64,000 nucleotides of DNA from Setoptus koraiensis. Lineage: Eukaryota > Animalia > Arthropoda. This document shows, in pieces, positions 44,185-57,979 of this stretch. Within the stretch, counting starts at the first letter, position 1; the number at the start of each line of letters is the position of its first letter. The stretch is taken from contig CM106586.1 of NCBI GenBank assembly GCA_048013815.1, positions 11,718,001-11,782,000 on the forward strand. The letters are read 5' to 3'. The position numbers and the translations under genes are program-made. Under the pieces are notes generated by a model. It made no database searches, was not told the DNA's origin, and worked only from the letters and a program-made list of their open reading frames with translations.

Positions 44185-44663
44185 CCTTCTCTTACTTTTT
44201 CGAGTGGAGGTTTTTTTGATTTAAATCACTCGATTTAAATCAATGAAAATCTGGTCGCAATTAAAAATGTGATTTAAATCGCGGTTTTAATAGTTTTTAT
44301 TGGTTTGATTTAAATCAAATTGGTCTTAATTGGTTTCAATTGGTTTTGATTGGTTTTAATTCGATTTGATTTAAATCAAATAAAAAAAAACCGTGAAAGA
44401 CATGATTTAAATCAGAAAACAGCAAGATTTTCTTTGGGTGTGAGGAAGAGAGAGAAAGGGGGTTACATGTATGATTTAAATCAATAAAATCATATAAAAA
44501 CCAATTTGTATTAAAATCTTGATTTTAATCATTAAAACCATCATTTAAATCAAAAAAATCAATAAAATCAATAGAATCAAAAAAACCATTTAGACCATGA
44601 ATTTGATTTCAACTCCACAGCTGACTGATTTAAATCAAAAAAACGTCCACTCTAAGAGAAGGG
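44185..44663. mobile_element. Foldback/MITE-like element with ~29-bp imperfect TIRs and repeated GATTTAAATC palindromes
   Basis: GAGTGGA(G/C)GTTTTTTTGATTTAAATCA inverted at 44202-44228 and ~44626-44652; about 8 exact GATTTAAATC copies; no clean TSD. Confidence 0.65.
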
Positions 44664-47600
44664 CCTCACTCGCCATTTGCAGCATCTTAGTGTGGGAAGG
44701 TAGTGAGGCGGAAACAATGTTCAATACAGTGTCTTTCATTCAAATGATACAAGCCATATTTAATGCCAGATTGTTTTCAATGTCTGAAATGGTTTAAACC
44801 AGGCAAATGTTGTATTTTATTAGCGACAAAATACAATAAAAGCAAAATTTACTTTGATTTTCGCCCTTTTTATCATGACGAAATACATGAAAGGCGCCTG
44901 AAATACAATAAAAGCCGGGTTTAAACCATTAATACCATTGAGACATTCCAGACATCCAGAACAGAATGGTTTAAACCAAAAAGTGTCTTAAATGTATTAA
45001 ATGTCTCCTGAGTTAGAAGAGTTAGAGTTTTTTCGCCACACTCGTGTTGGGGTAGGTCCCATTGCCATGTTAACAAGTATGCCTGGGAAATCAGACTAAC
45101 TGAAATATATCTCCCATGGGTGGACGCCCATCAAATGTTTTCGGAGGTGAACTAATGACGGTATTGTGTGAATATCGTATCGAAACTAGAGAATCAACGC
45201 AATCAGATGTGTTTGCTGCTGCTTTATAGTAACGGGAGTCACATCGTAATAATTATTTGTGTATAGATTGTACCTAGCTAACGATCCATTATAAATGCTC
45301 GTTCGTTGAAATTTCGTTGAATGCACTGCCTGCATTCGAGCAGAAAACTCAAATTTTTATTTGCTCATTATTTGTCTATTTTTCGCACATCAGCAATAAC
45401 AACTGCGAAAAAAAAGTGAACCAAGTGATTTAGTCAGTCGTTTGTTTGCATCCACTAAAACTATGAAAAGCTATAGGCTCTCAACAAAACCAGCATACCA
45501 GCGACTATCGAACTTGTGGCGAGATCCATAAACAGGAAGAGATATTGCGCATTGATACGATGGCCAGTGGAAGTGGCAATGGTCGCGAAATGAAGTATTA
45601 CGTTAAAATATAGACCAGAATCTACTGCACTAAGTAGAGTAGATAGTGAACTGGATTTTTAGTGGTCGTCATAGGTTGTTGAAAGACACACAAACTTGCG
45701 CCAATTGGATTGGAGAGTCACGAAATGGCGATAAAGTGGCACGTTTAAATCAACTGACCATGAAACTACTTCTGCCTCAGCAAGCAGCATCATCTTTTTA
45801 GTTAGCTCAATGCGAGGCGTCTAACTCGATGGTGGGTCGGCGTTGAATTCTCATTGGCCCTTTGTTCGCTTATTTACTCTCTCCCTCTCTCCCCTTCTCA
45901 TCCGTTTGCTGATGCGAACACAGAACGAGTTACGAAAATCCGTTCACTGAGACCATTCACTCCAGCATTTCCTCTCACCTTGAGAGCGCAAAGCTACAGA
46001 GAGAAGAGTTTGCCCGGTGCTGTCTATATATCACAATCTATCTCCAATCACATTTATGTTAACGAGCATTGGTCATTGGCATTAACGATAAACAACAACG
46101 GCTTGTGTGTCAGCACTGACAACCCATTTGCCGAGGCATACATATGTGGTGTATGGCAATGGTGAGCTAGGTAGTGGTCTGTAGGTTTATGTTGTCACCC
46201 TACCATAATGGGTTTTGCTTTTAGGCCGGCTTTTTGAGGCGCTGGGCCGCCCATCGGGCATCACAATGAAATGAAAATTTATTAGACGTTTAGAAGGGGT
46301 GCCAGTGCTGGCGGGTGTGGGCGCAATAGCCTACTACATTCTCTCCATTGTGCATGCCACAAATTTAACAGTCTTCAACTGACCAATTGAGAAAGAGAAT
46401 AGCAGCAGCAGCACAAGCTGATGCAAAAAAGCTCTATCGCTTGTTGTTTCGCTATTGTCGAGCAAAGGCGCTTGACTTGGAGTTTTTCTCCAAAAATACC
46501 CGCTTCCAACAGCCTGAGAGTGCATCGAGGCCGGCGGGCACGTATGACTATGGATGTTGGCTTATATATAATATAAGATGAGTAAAGAGTGGCAATAATT
46601 TACAACATTGGCTAGTCATGGAGTTGCTGCTGGCCTCAGCTTTTCGGTTGCACTGAATTCGGGACAAACACTACCCGAAACAACACCTCCGGCTAACGTG
46701 AAAGTTGAAAGGGGACCCAAGGTGACCAATGTCCAATTACCTTGCTAGTCATGTCCATCTATGGCCATTCTGGCATGACCAGCAATCTGATGGCTATGGT
46801 TAGTGAAAAGATTGTGATCACTAAACAATAAGCGAGATTGCAGTTTACTGTAGTGTAGTTAATATTGTTGTCACTATTACTGCCTTGCTGATCTGCTTTT
46901 TTGTCCCCTTCTATAAATAAATGCGAGTTGTGTTCGCTGCAATCGAATTCAATCCCATCTGCCATTCCCAATCTATTGCTGCTAAATAAAGATAGATTCC
47001 ATTCAGTGAACCAGCTGTTCCAGCCGAACTTAAGTTCTGGCCAACTAATTGAATTATTGAAGTGAGCAAATCTACGTTTCGTTGCCACCGTATCGCATTC
47101 GAGCACATGAAGCCGTAGAGAAGATGTTGCACAAGATATCAACGATGCCCGTCGGCTAGCCTCACCGGTATATTTTGCGCACTGTAAATGATTGGTGATG
47201 GGGAGCCATAGAAAGCGAAATAAGTTATCCGCACCGGATTCTTGTAGTTCTTTGTGGCTTGTAGAGTTTCGACCGCCAACCGTGTCGCTACAACGCTCAC
47301 TGAACTCTCTGCTCAGCATGCTTACAACGAGAGCACCGGCAAATCAAAAATGATTGGGCACGTTCTGGCGATTTCTGTCGACGATAATTAGAGCCGATTA
47401 AAAGATTGGCCAGCTTTCCGACAGTGGCACGCAGCCGCCAGTGCGCGATCATGATCAACTCCTCGTCTGTTTGTTCTCTGACCTCTTATTTATTGTATTG
47501 ACAAGCTCGTTGAAACCACACGTTGCACCACAACTGTACCATAGAGACTATAGTAGTTGTGATGGCCATCTTGTCTTGTGTGAGAGCAAACAAATTGCCA

Positions 47601-50600
47601 GCAGTTTTCTAGCTAATAATAGATATGACCGTGTTATGAGAGTGTCAGACTAAGTTGTGGTTGCACGCCACAATAAACGAAACGCAAATACACCCAGACA
47701 TTGTCAACTATTAGATAAGAGTATTACATAATAATACAATAACATAATCGTGGTTGTAGTTGTAGTAAGAGATGCTTTGTTTTATTTCGCTTCTGATGCT
47801 ATAATGATGAGCATAACGAAATAGGACAATGCCACTGACAAGCGACAATCGACGACAACCAAATAGTAAATGGTCTATTTTGGCCTAGTCCTGTTGAGTC
47901 AGCTTTATCTGAGCGTAAACTTGAGTAGTAGCAAAGTCAGTTCATTTGCCGACCTTACACGCTGAAGCGGAACTGGCAACTGCTCGACGGTAAACTGGCA
48001 CTCTCACTCACTTGGCTAACAATCAGAATGACTAATGACACCCCTTTTGTGATAAGCAAAGGATATTACACAAACTCAACAACGCACACAAGCTTGTTAG
48101 CTAAGATAAACCGGCTAGACAAAATGCGAGCCCTATCTAATAGCGGGCAAGCAAATGTGAAGAGCACTCCATCCTGTTTTTCCTCTTATCTTTTTCTTCT
48201 GTTGTTGGCCGTGACTTTCTTTCTATGAAGCCTCTTTGAGTGACTCAATCGAGTGCGAAAAGATTAGAATTGGGTGAAACGCAAAACAATGCGGCAACTG
48301 CTGGCTGGCTGGCTGGCTAGCTGGCTGGCTAGCTAGCCCAAAATGATCGTAATTAACATTTTCAACCACTTCATGCAACCTGACAATAGCAACAAAATTC
48401 ACTTGATTCCGGCACTTGATGATGCAACCAACCATCCAAACAAATTAGGTAGGCACGAAAAGTTAATCACGACATCTAGGCCCAAAGAACCAATGAAACG
48501 CACTCAATACTTTTGGTTGGTCCCGCTTTTCTACCGCACGTCTCTCTTCAGCGAGCTTGTTAGTTTCATTTATAGGATCTTGCCGCTCCATGACTGCGCT
48601 CTATTGCACACCGGGCCACACAGAATAGAATAAAATAGAAAAGCTAAACATATTATGAATCCTATTATTACTGTGTGTGCAGTAACAGTTCAATTAAGTT
48701 ACTGTAACAATTGGCTTAGCTAACAAACAAGCGCCCACAAAAGTGATATTGTCTGCATTGATCAGTGTCGAGCTCTGGCCCATTCTAGTCACCATACATC
48801 ACCTAGATCACCCAGAGCTAACCATTCCTCTCTTTCTGGCGGAGGAACACTGACAAACTAACAGTTGGACAGAATCTAGGACAAATATATATATATATAT
48901 CGTGCAACAACGAGTTCATTCATTTGTTAGCTGAAACTATTACGCACTGAGCCAACTCTGCTGTATACGATCGACAATAAATTATTCTCTAGCGTATGTA
49001 ACTATTTCTCTTGATTGTTTTCTGAAACTTTATCTACCATGATGCTGACCAAACTCAACGCAAGTCCGCGAAAATTTCGGCTTCCGGTCTCGAGGAAAAA
49101 AATGAACAACTATAATCAAGTGAGTTTCTCGTGTAAAAGCATCGCTAGACGTTTTTGCTTGCAAGGAAATATGCTAATTTATGGAATAGAAACATGTGGT
49201 GAAAATATAAATAAACGAAAAAGTGTCTTTTTAGACTAGACGCTGTCACAGTCACATATTTTGCAGTGTCATACTTCATATACTTTATTACCTAGCATTA
49301 AAGCACACTGAGCATTAGAGATGGCCGAAAATGCACAAACGTTTGGCTGACCGTGCTTTGTTCGGTTTCGGTTTGATTTTAGTTGGATCCTAAGGTAAAA
49401 CACGAAAAAACTATCTATTTGCCCGAAAAATGAGAAAAAATCAAATCATTCATCACTAAGCGGAAACAAAATCTGCCTTTAAAAGACTAATGAACGGCTC
49501 TTGCGAGATTCAAATGGTGGATCTCTTGGTTGTCAGCTGGAATGGTTTTTTCCTATCGTTGCGCGGATTTTCGAAACATATCGCGAGGGACCAATGCCAA
49601 AAGCCTCCGTCTCTATTATTGTGAAGAACTGATTAAAATAGTGTAAAAATCTAGCTCTCTTCGGTAGACAGGTAGTTATGATGCGTGAACGTTGCTTTAA
49701 TTTAGTAAAAAAAAAAAAATGCAAAATGTTTATTCTATTCCATCAACTTGTACCATAGCCTGTAGTTTACAATTGAGAATTGTGGATGATACTTACAACA
49801 TTGGCAAGTAGACCGAATTGCAAGAGCCATACAAAGTCAACCTGGCATGAGCTCCCTTGGTTTTGTGGAGGTCTGTAGGAATAAACAAGTCGAGAATGAC
49901 TTATCTATGCATGTGACACCATTTTTCATAGTTGAATTTCCGATATAAGTGATTGTTCGAAATCGCATTTGATTCAACATCTGAACATGTTCGGTCAAAA
50001 AGAGAAAAACAATCTCGATAGCACCGCTATTGAAGTCGATTTGATCTAAGTGACCATTTCACTCCCTCCTGCCTGTCAATAAAATCCTATAGGACCTGGT
50101 CTTTAATTAAGTACAAACCAACGATCGACTCGCACGTGATCGTTTTGGCTGCATCAATCACAAAACGCTAGATTTACAAATTAATCACCGCTGACCATCA
50201 GCCAATCACATTAGTCGTCGCAAGTGATTGCTGGCCATCACGTCAGCATATAATAACTGCACAAGTAGCGATCAATCTACTGACAATAGTTCTAGGCTAG
50301 AAACTCTGCCTTGCAGGTATATCTCATATAGTTCATATGGACACACATACACAGAGAGAGAGAGAGAGAGAGAGGTGGACCCCACTTTACTCTTCATTGA
50401 GGATTCTTTCGCTAGCTTTTTAGATGATGCTGACAATGAAAATTGCAGCCTCAAGCTCGAAAGTTCAATCGTGTGGCGTTGCCGTCAGTGGTCACTCAAG
50501 TTTCGGAATCTCTAGATAATTGTTCAAGTTGGTCGACGTTCGTTCACTTTCTCGATCGATTGGTGTGTCACTAGGCTTTATCTGTTGTTATTATTATTAT

Positions 50601-52866
50601 TAGTCTCCAGTGTGGTAGTGGTGGATATAGTCGATCAAACACACAACTACAGTGGTGATAATTGAAAAAAGCTATGAACGTTCTAGAAGTAGATTATTAT
50701 TGTTGAGGTGGTTGTACAAAACATACACAGACAACAATAGGACTTATGAAGTTATACTTAACAAAATCATCATTGTTACGATATTATCGACAATGTTACT
50801 GACTGTTAATAGTTTTCTATTTCAACAATACAGACTGAACATACATTACGAACACAACTGCCCAATTGATTTTTCAGCATCGACGGTGATGATACAATCA
50901 TCGAGATAGCAGTTATTTCAGCTTATAGTCGACCACGAAACTGTTTTCCATGCAACTACCAGGGTGTATCAAAGAAATGATAAATTGGAATCGTATATGA
51001 TAAGCTTATACTAACCTTGTATGTTCAAATTGTTGGTGCTTGCAACAAGAACTAATTTTTCAGCGATTATTTTCAAATGTTATTTTCCAAATTCAATTAT
51101 CGTTGTACTGTGCAGGCAATAGTATGTATCTGTTCGCTTTCGGCTATCTATTTCCATTATAACATCCGTGGCAATGGTAACGTTATAATGGATTTGAGAA
51201 TTGTGTATGTAAGTGTAGTTTGGTTCTGTCGCTATAGTTCACCATGAACTTTCCCGTTCAAATTCAAGTAAGTTTTCTCCATACATTTGTTGCCAGTGGC
51301 TACTGTGCCATTCTTCATTGTATTAACTCATATCTTCATCGTATCAGCTCATATCGACGCTCTCACTTGATGCAAAATGATTTTTCTACATATCAGTTTT
51401 CGGCTAACATTTTGCACCTTCACACAAATTAAACGAATAGGTGTTTTTCGGTTACTAGTATTCAAAGGTCTACGAGATTTTTTACTGTTGACATGGAAAT
51501 TACACTAGAAAATGTCGAAATTAGTCTGCAGCATCTGAGCGAATTGAGGCCTCTTTGTTGTTTGTTCGGTCTGACTGGTTTGACTCGCGAATCGTTTTTC
51601 TCTCCTGCCTGATTTGTTGTTAGTGATCTACCACTGTCAGCAATTCTGATGGTCGCTTTTAATTGATGTATTTGCTAGATTTGTCGATTGAATCTAATAT
51701 CGGTTTTAGCTTCTAGTTTTAGTTTTCTTAAATTTTCCAGCGAGTATTGGTCAACTATTTGCGACTGATGTTTTTTTCTCTCCGTGACTATTTTCACACA
51801 CTGTAAAAGCAGAGTTTGCTTGTAGCTCAGGCGATCTTTTCTTTAGATGAGAGTGATTATTCTGGCAGCGCACATATATAGCAATAGGAACATTCTTCTG
51901 TACATTTGTTTAAACTCACTCGACCACTTACTTGATTGCGCTCAACGATTATGTTCCACACTAAAACACTTTGATATCCAATCTCATTTGATCCAATATT
52001 CATTGCGATGTGTTTCGTTGCGATTGTTCAATATATTTACAATGGTTAAACAAGTATTTTGTTATCAGATTCGCTGATGGTGGAACAGTTACTTCAAGAG
52101 GAGAACAGGCGATCACAAGAACACGAAGTTGAGACAACAGAAACGAATAACGAAATTCATGGTCATGATGTATAACTTTTAGGTCATAACATTGTTCGCT
52201 GAGATAGCAAAATTAACATGGCCGAACAAATATCTTGGGCATGTGCAGAGAGTCAATCTGTGGATCATTTTTTCCTTACATTCTTGCACCGACATCTGGT
52301 GAGTCATTGAAACACTTCATCAGATCATCATCGTTATATCAATGTATTGTCGTTTGCACACCATTGGAAAAGATGGATGGCGAAACATAAATCATCTCAG
52401 TTCCAAGATTTGGCTCCTAGTCCATTTGTCCGACGATTGTTAGCGCGATGGGAGGCCGTAAACAGGATCGGTCGATTGTCTACATTCATCGGCAAGCGCT
52501 CGTGGAACTACCGTGTTCAGGCACCTCTACGGCACCAAAAATAATATTTCTAAGATTGTCATGGCTAACTAAACGGTGGCCATGTGCGGAATATCAATCC
52601 CTGAATCATTTTCCATCTATTCTAGCACAGACTGATAAGTCACTTTAAAATTGAGTGGCAATCTCAGTGTGATAGGATCGTGACAGTTTAACCACTGTAA
52701 ATTTATTACTATACATCGGATGTAAGATCAATGCAACTACAAAAAGTATTCCGAGTCTGAAGATTCCTAAGACATAGGATTGATAGGTTTTATTGATTAT
52801 GTTGCGCTACTAGTTAACTTTGGTTTCCCTTAGTTTCATTTTTTCATCTGTATCATGACAGGATCA

Positions 52867-53208
52867 TCATAATTCTATGTTCTTCGGACCTTCCTGTTCG
52901 TTTCTGCTACGAGCAGTAGATTCTATGTTCTTCGGACCTTCCTGTCCGTTTCTGCTACGAGCATTAAATTCTATGTTCTTCGGACCTTCCTGTCCGTTTC
53001 TGCTACGAGCATTAAATTCTCTCGAAGGAAATTCTCTCGCATGAAATTCTCTCGGAGGCAATCTGACTTCCCGTTTGTTGGAGCCTGCAAAGCATTCCAA
53101 AACAAAGAGGCCCACCATTGCGAACAGTAAAAGTATGCAGACTATGTCTATAATAATATAACTCCATTCCGACATGCATACACCCCAGCAACAATTATCT
53201 GTATCCAT
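52867..53208 (-). CDS. Small single-TM protein with 16-aa C-terminal repeats (113 aa)
   Basis: ATG start, Cys-rich N-terminus, TM YIIIDIVCILLLFAMVGLFVL, REF-type short repeats, then 3 x NARSRNGQEGPKNIE. Confidence 0.5.
   Translation of the reverse strand: MDTDNCCWGVCMSEWSYIIIDIVCILLLFAMVGLFVLECFAGSNKREVRLPPREFHAREFPSREFNARSRNGQEGPKNIEFNARSRNGQEGPKNIESTARSRNEQEGPKNIEL
52873..53016. repeat. 48-bp tandem repeat x3
   Basis: TTCTATGTTCTTCGGACC starts at 52873, 52921 and 52969. Confidence 0.9.
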
Positions 53209-55139
53209 AATATTGTTGTATTGAGAAGTGTTTATGACAAGTATGATACGTTAGAAATGAGTTGGGTCACATCAGATATGATAGGTGTGAAGAGGCTCCT
53301 AGGAAATTGTGTGAGAGTAACAATGGAAACAATCATTGCAGGAGAAATGATACAAGGTGCTAAAGATTGCAATTTTTTTTAATGAACGTTAGCGCGTGAG
53401 GATTCAAGTATATACATTACCGTACTCACGTATATATTAATACATGTAGTATACTTGATATTTCTTTTTATCATGCATCGTCTGTTGTGTAAACTTAAGA
53501 TCATTTCGTTGGAGCAACATCGAAAGTATTCAGAGTCGTCACGCGCCGGGTACTTTTATCCAGATTCCAGCATAATGAAAAAAAAATGCCTCTGACAATG
53601 AATGACCCGGCCATTTCTATTGATTGCATATCGACCGATAAAATGAGGCAATGGATTAAGTAATTCATGTTGCTCTACGTACCAGGCGATTTGTTCGCCA
53701 ATTTCTGGTGCAATGTCTTCGATCTCAGTCATGATCAGTCTTTGACCCTGGGCAGCTCCAACACATGTAGTACAGGTGTATGATGATGTTTGGCCAGCCC
53801 ACAATCCTGAGGATATATTTTATCGGTTACCTTTATCCTGCATCCGTATGCTGATATCAAATAGTTATGTGGAGTGATGTTCAATTGAACATTCTTAAAT
53901 GAAGTTCTATAACATCGTCAATCAAGTGCGAACGTATACTATTTCATCTTTTCAAAAATCTATCTGGACTTCACCCTTCTGGGCTTTTGATTTTTTCCAT
54001 CCTACTTATTATAGTAGTAGTAGTAATAATAGTTTATTTTATGACACAACAGATTATCAACATCAACTCTTATCTCAGTAACGCGGCTTTGGTGGTGAAT
54101 TCGCAGTGCCGAATCAATTTGTGTAACGCCTGATGGCAGAATGTCTTTAAAAGTCACTTAAAGTCACTACGTAACTAGATGCAAACTAATGCTAGTGTCT
54201 CAACTAGTTTGTCCGACTTACATAGTCAAAATTTAGATAGAATACAAGTATCCAAATATATGCTTGCACCACCTTAAAGAGAATATTACTACATGTACTA
54301 TTTTATGAGCGAGGTCGGTAATACGTTATACAGAGTAATCCGGATGTTTGCGATAGTCGTTTTGTTTGAGTTGTTCGAACAAAAAATTCTCGACTGATTA
54401 GTAGAACCCTGTAGTAGAACGATTCGTTGGATGTTCAACAAGTGACTTTTCTTCAAAACGGCGACTCCTCGGATTGTTAAATTCGAGAAATCGCCAGAAA
54501 TTAGTTGTATGGTAGAACGATTTAGTCATCAGCAGAAACAAGAGCATTAACTAAGCCAATCAATAACTGTCAGGCAACTAGGAACTTTACTAAGATAATC
54601 GGTTCGTCCGGAAATAATGTCTCACGGCATATCGCCGACTGATTCTAGTAAAATTTATTTTATCAACTCCTTTTGAGTGGTTTTGAACCACGATTACAAT
54701 AAACAAAGCAGGCACAAATAGCGAAGCAGAGGTAAGTTATACCATGCGACAGATGTAATGAGTGCACAAAAAAAAATCTGTTCACAATAAAAAATGCTAA
54801 TCCAATTGCTTCATAATCTATATTTTTATTCAATCGGAGTATAAAAATATACGATAGTCAAGTGTCAAATTGAGCCGAAACGGGCATCGATATCCATTGA
54901 ATTGACCATAAAGGCTATATGGGGCTAGCCGGTCCTTCAATTCCGACCCATCAGTTACCTTCTGGGCATTTACCGGCTGGCCCGAAGATAATGCCTGATC
55001 ACACTCCGTTACGTTGCTTTAGAAAAACTATTGCTGACTGCATTACTACTAATACAAATATACCAAAACAGTACAGACTAGTAATTATGAAATTAACTGT
55101 TTTGATCCCAACGCAGCCACAGTCTTCGGGACTCACCAT

Positions 55140-56710
55140 TTTAATGGAACAAGGTGAGTATTCTTTTGAGCGGTGAATCGATGTTGATTGACCAAAAACT
55201 GTAATTTTGTTTTGTGTGCTCTTGTTGCACCAGATGGTTCTTGGAATACAAGTATAAAATGTTATCTTTTGTGGAAGTGCCTAGAAAGGGTAGTTAGCCT
55301 CTTAAATTTTTATGTATATGTTGTTGCGATAAAGTATTTAAGCATAAAAATATGAGTTGCAATGAGATGATAATTTATGCAGAAGATGCACTCTGAAGAT
55401 GAGATTGTTGTGAGAGACGTGCTGTCTTCTGAGCACATCTTCTGATTGCCGCATTCTAGAAAGCATTCGATGTAATTTGTGTCTCACATTCTCGTGACAC
55501 TTCTAGTCGGCTAATGAGAATGAAAATACGACCAAATCGTTCCACCATACAACTAATGATAAAATAAACTGAGCAAGATGTTCTATGTTGATAAATATTT
55601 ACATGTATAAATGAGCTGGGCACGATATCAAATATCTCTCTACGTTTATGGCAAGAGAGATCATTGCTCAATTCGATGTGTTTTCGATCGATTCTAATAT
55701 CGGACCTTTTCGATTGTCCCTGCTGTTACATCTGCCACAAACGATTCAACTCGCCAGCAACTAAATCAACCACACAATTTTTATGTGAATATTTTTTGTC
55801 ATCAAAAATTTTAGGGTCATCATTTTAAATAAAAAAAAGTTAGGAGTACTATAATAGCAAAGTTATGATTGTTATATTTTGATGATCGAAGCGAACAATC
55901 TCACTCGGCTACTTCATGATTTGTATTTTATTGAATTTAATTCTGAATTGATGATTTAAAATCAGACAGGAAGGTATGAAATATCCGATCGTTTAATATC
56001 AACTATAACACTGTCATAACTACTTCCGATGAACACTCGGATTGTTTGAACTAGTTTTCTAGTGATACTGCATCGATTCATCAGTTGATTCTGGTTTGGT
56101 ATTTGGAACGTATGCTGGAGGCAATACTAGATAGCATTGCGTCGCTGCCCCAATTCTAATCTGAGTTAAAACCAAAAATAAACCTAATTAATTGAAGAGC
56201 GAATACCAATACGAGGCAAAGAAGGAGAAAAGCCCAGCTTGACCAACCTAAGAGAAATTTTAGCCCGCATTTACATTGTTCAAAGCTTCTTTTGAACTCT
56301 TCTAATTCTTGGTCTGTTAAACCCATTATTTTAATAGAACAAGGCTAATATTCGTTTGAGCGATGAATTGATGTTGATTGGACCAAAAAGCGTAATTTTG
56401 TTTTGTGTGCTGTTTTTGTACCAGATGGTTCTTGGGATAAAAATGTTGAACGTTACTTTTTGTGGAGGGCCCTGGAAAGAGATTTCGGCCTCTTAAGTTT
56501 TTATAAAACCGGGAGTTGTAATATGATAATTTATATCAAGTGACTGGATTCTAGGATGAGAGCATTCACAACCAATAAATTAAGTTTATATTGGCACACC
56601 TATTCGATATCTGCCTATTGTTAGGATTGAATTCGGTGCTGTGAGAAGCAGCACATCTCCTGATTGCCGATTTCTTGAACATACTTGTATTTAGATGTTG
56701 CGTTCTCGTG
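55140..56710 (+). pseudogene. Pair of diverged direct repeats (~55140-55500 and ~56330-56710) containing an intron-exon unit
   Basis: CAAG|GTGAGT ... pyrimidine tract CCAG| in copy 1; both downstream exons read DGSW....Y.LW..LER...LL.FY; donor is mutated in copy 2. Confidence 0.4.
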
Positions 56711-57763
56711 ATACTGCACTGATGGAAATACGCTCGTGATTTATTAGGCCTAGTCTGTTAAATTGAATCGCTGGAAAGTGAAGTTCATGATTTGCTTACA
56801 ACCTTGTAGAGAGCTCAATTGAAGTTCAGAGTAATTGAGGCGTCAGAAATCTGGTTTATTTCGGTTTCCTGTTTGACGTTCACCAACCACGCCCATATTT
56901 CGCATAAGTTTGACTTTGAGGGAACAATTAGATGCAAGGTTGATTTTGGACTCAACCTAAATTAAAATCAGAGAAACCTCAGGTTAGGACCAGAATCTAT
57001 TGTAGTTGCGCTTTACGTTTGTGAAAATAACATGCTGTTCTGTGAGGCTTTTCACAAAATATTCGAACAGATAACAGATAAGAAAAGTTCATTGGCGATC
57101 AGTTTTTCATCATTTCGTTTTCTTTCATACAGATTATGTAATAGTTATGAGGCAATTGTATATTGGATGAGATGATCAGTAGGGCCAAGCAAATCGGCAC
57201 TTGTTTTCAAAAAATTTGTGTGAAAACACGGCCGTATTTAGATTTTTTTGGTGTTTCTCGAAAGACCATGGCATATTCCTGTGAAAACTGGGTTTGCCTC
57301 AAATTTTTCAGCAAAAACTCTCATAAAGAAAAAACGTCAGGGCGCTAAAAAGATGCATAATCAGAGCTAAATGATAGACCGTCTCCACTGGTTTTTTTTT
57401 ATGAAAACGCTCAAAACTCGATATCTATATTGTTTCGAATATTTTGAACGCTCAAAAAAAATCGCCCCCCCTACGTGCGCCACATCATTACTACTGTATG
57501 GAATCATCTGAAATTATCTAAAGATTTTAGAACTCATCGTACAGAAGCAAAGCACTGTCAGTTAGGTTTAAAAAGTTTTATTTCGTGTCTTGATTTGTTA
57601 TAGGTTTACAACCGTCCCCTCAATTTAGAACTTTCTTTTGTAGAAAGTATTCTACTGATCTATAACACTGCTTGCATGCAGGACTCGAAAACTCATGTAG
57701 GTTTGTTGTGTCAGCACCAAATGAAGATTAAACTGGTAACTAATGCTAAAGATCCAGAAGATG

Positions 57764-57979
57764 CTACCAGTTCCGGCCTCTTTCCGGCTGACCGTATCCG
57801 GAACGGAGGGGATTTTTTCTTGATCCTCTCCGATCAACTAGGAGTCCCATCAAAGCCATACCGTTCAATGCGCACACCAGAAAAAGTATGAAAAGGTTAA
57901 TAATAAAACCCATCCATGTGTTGTAAGCGCAATAGGCGGCACAGCATGCTACATATCCAATATCTCCGTATCTCTCCAT
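57764..57979 (-). CDS. Possible small single-TM protein (71 aa)
   Basis: ATG start, CC/C-containing N-terminus, hydrophobic GFIINLFILFLVCALNGMALMGLLV, basic tail. No paralog support. Confidence 0.3.
   Translation of the reverse strand: MERYGDIGYVACCAAYCAYNTWMGFIINLFILFLVCALNGMALMGLLVDRRGSRKNPLRSGYGQPERGRNW

Noticed and set aside
30298-51432. Numerous 60-190-aa ORFs, including 46759-47319 and 40288-40737
   Set aside because: Mostly non-ATG starts, driven by microsatellites, with no recognisable motifs or paralog support.
53556-53804. Coding-looking minus-strand stretch (MTEIEDIAPEIGEQIAWY...)
   Set aside because: No recognisable domain, and no credible splice sites found to connect it; left uncalled.
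57175-57480. TAGGGCCAAGCAAATCGG resembling the hAT MITE TIR
   Set aside because: No matching opposite TIR or TSD found; at most an old remnant.
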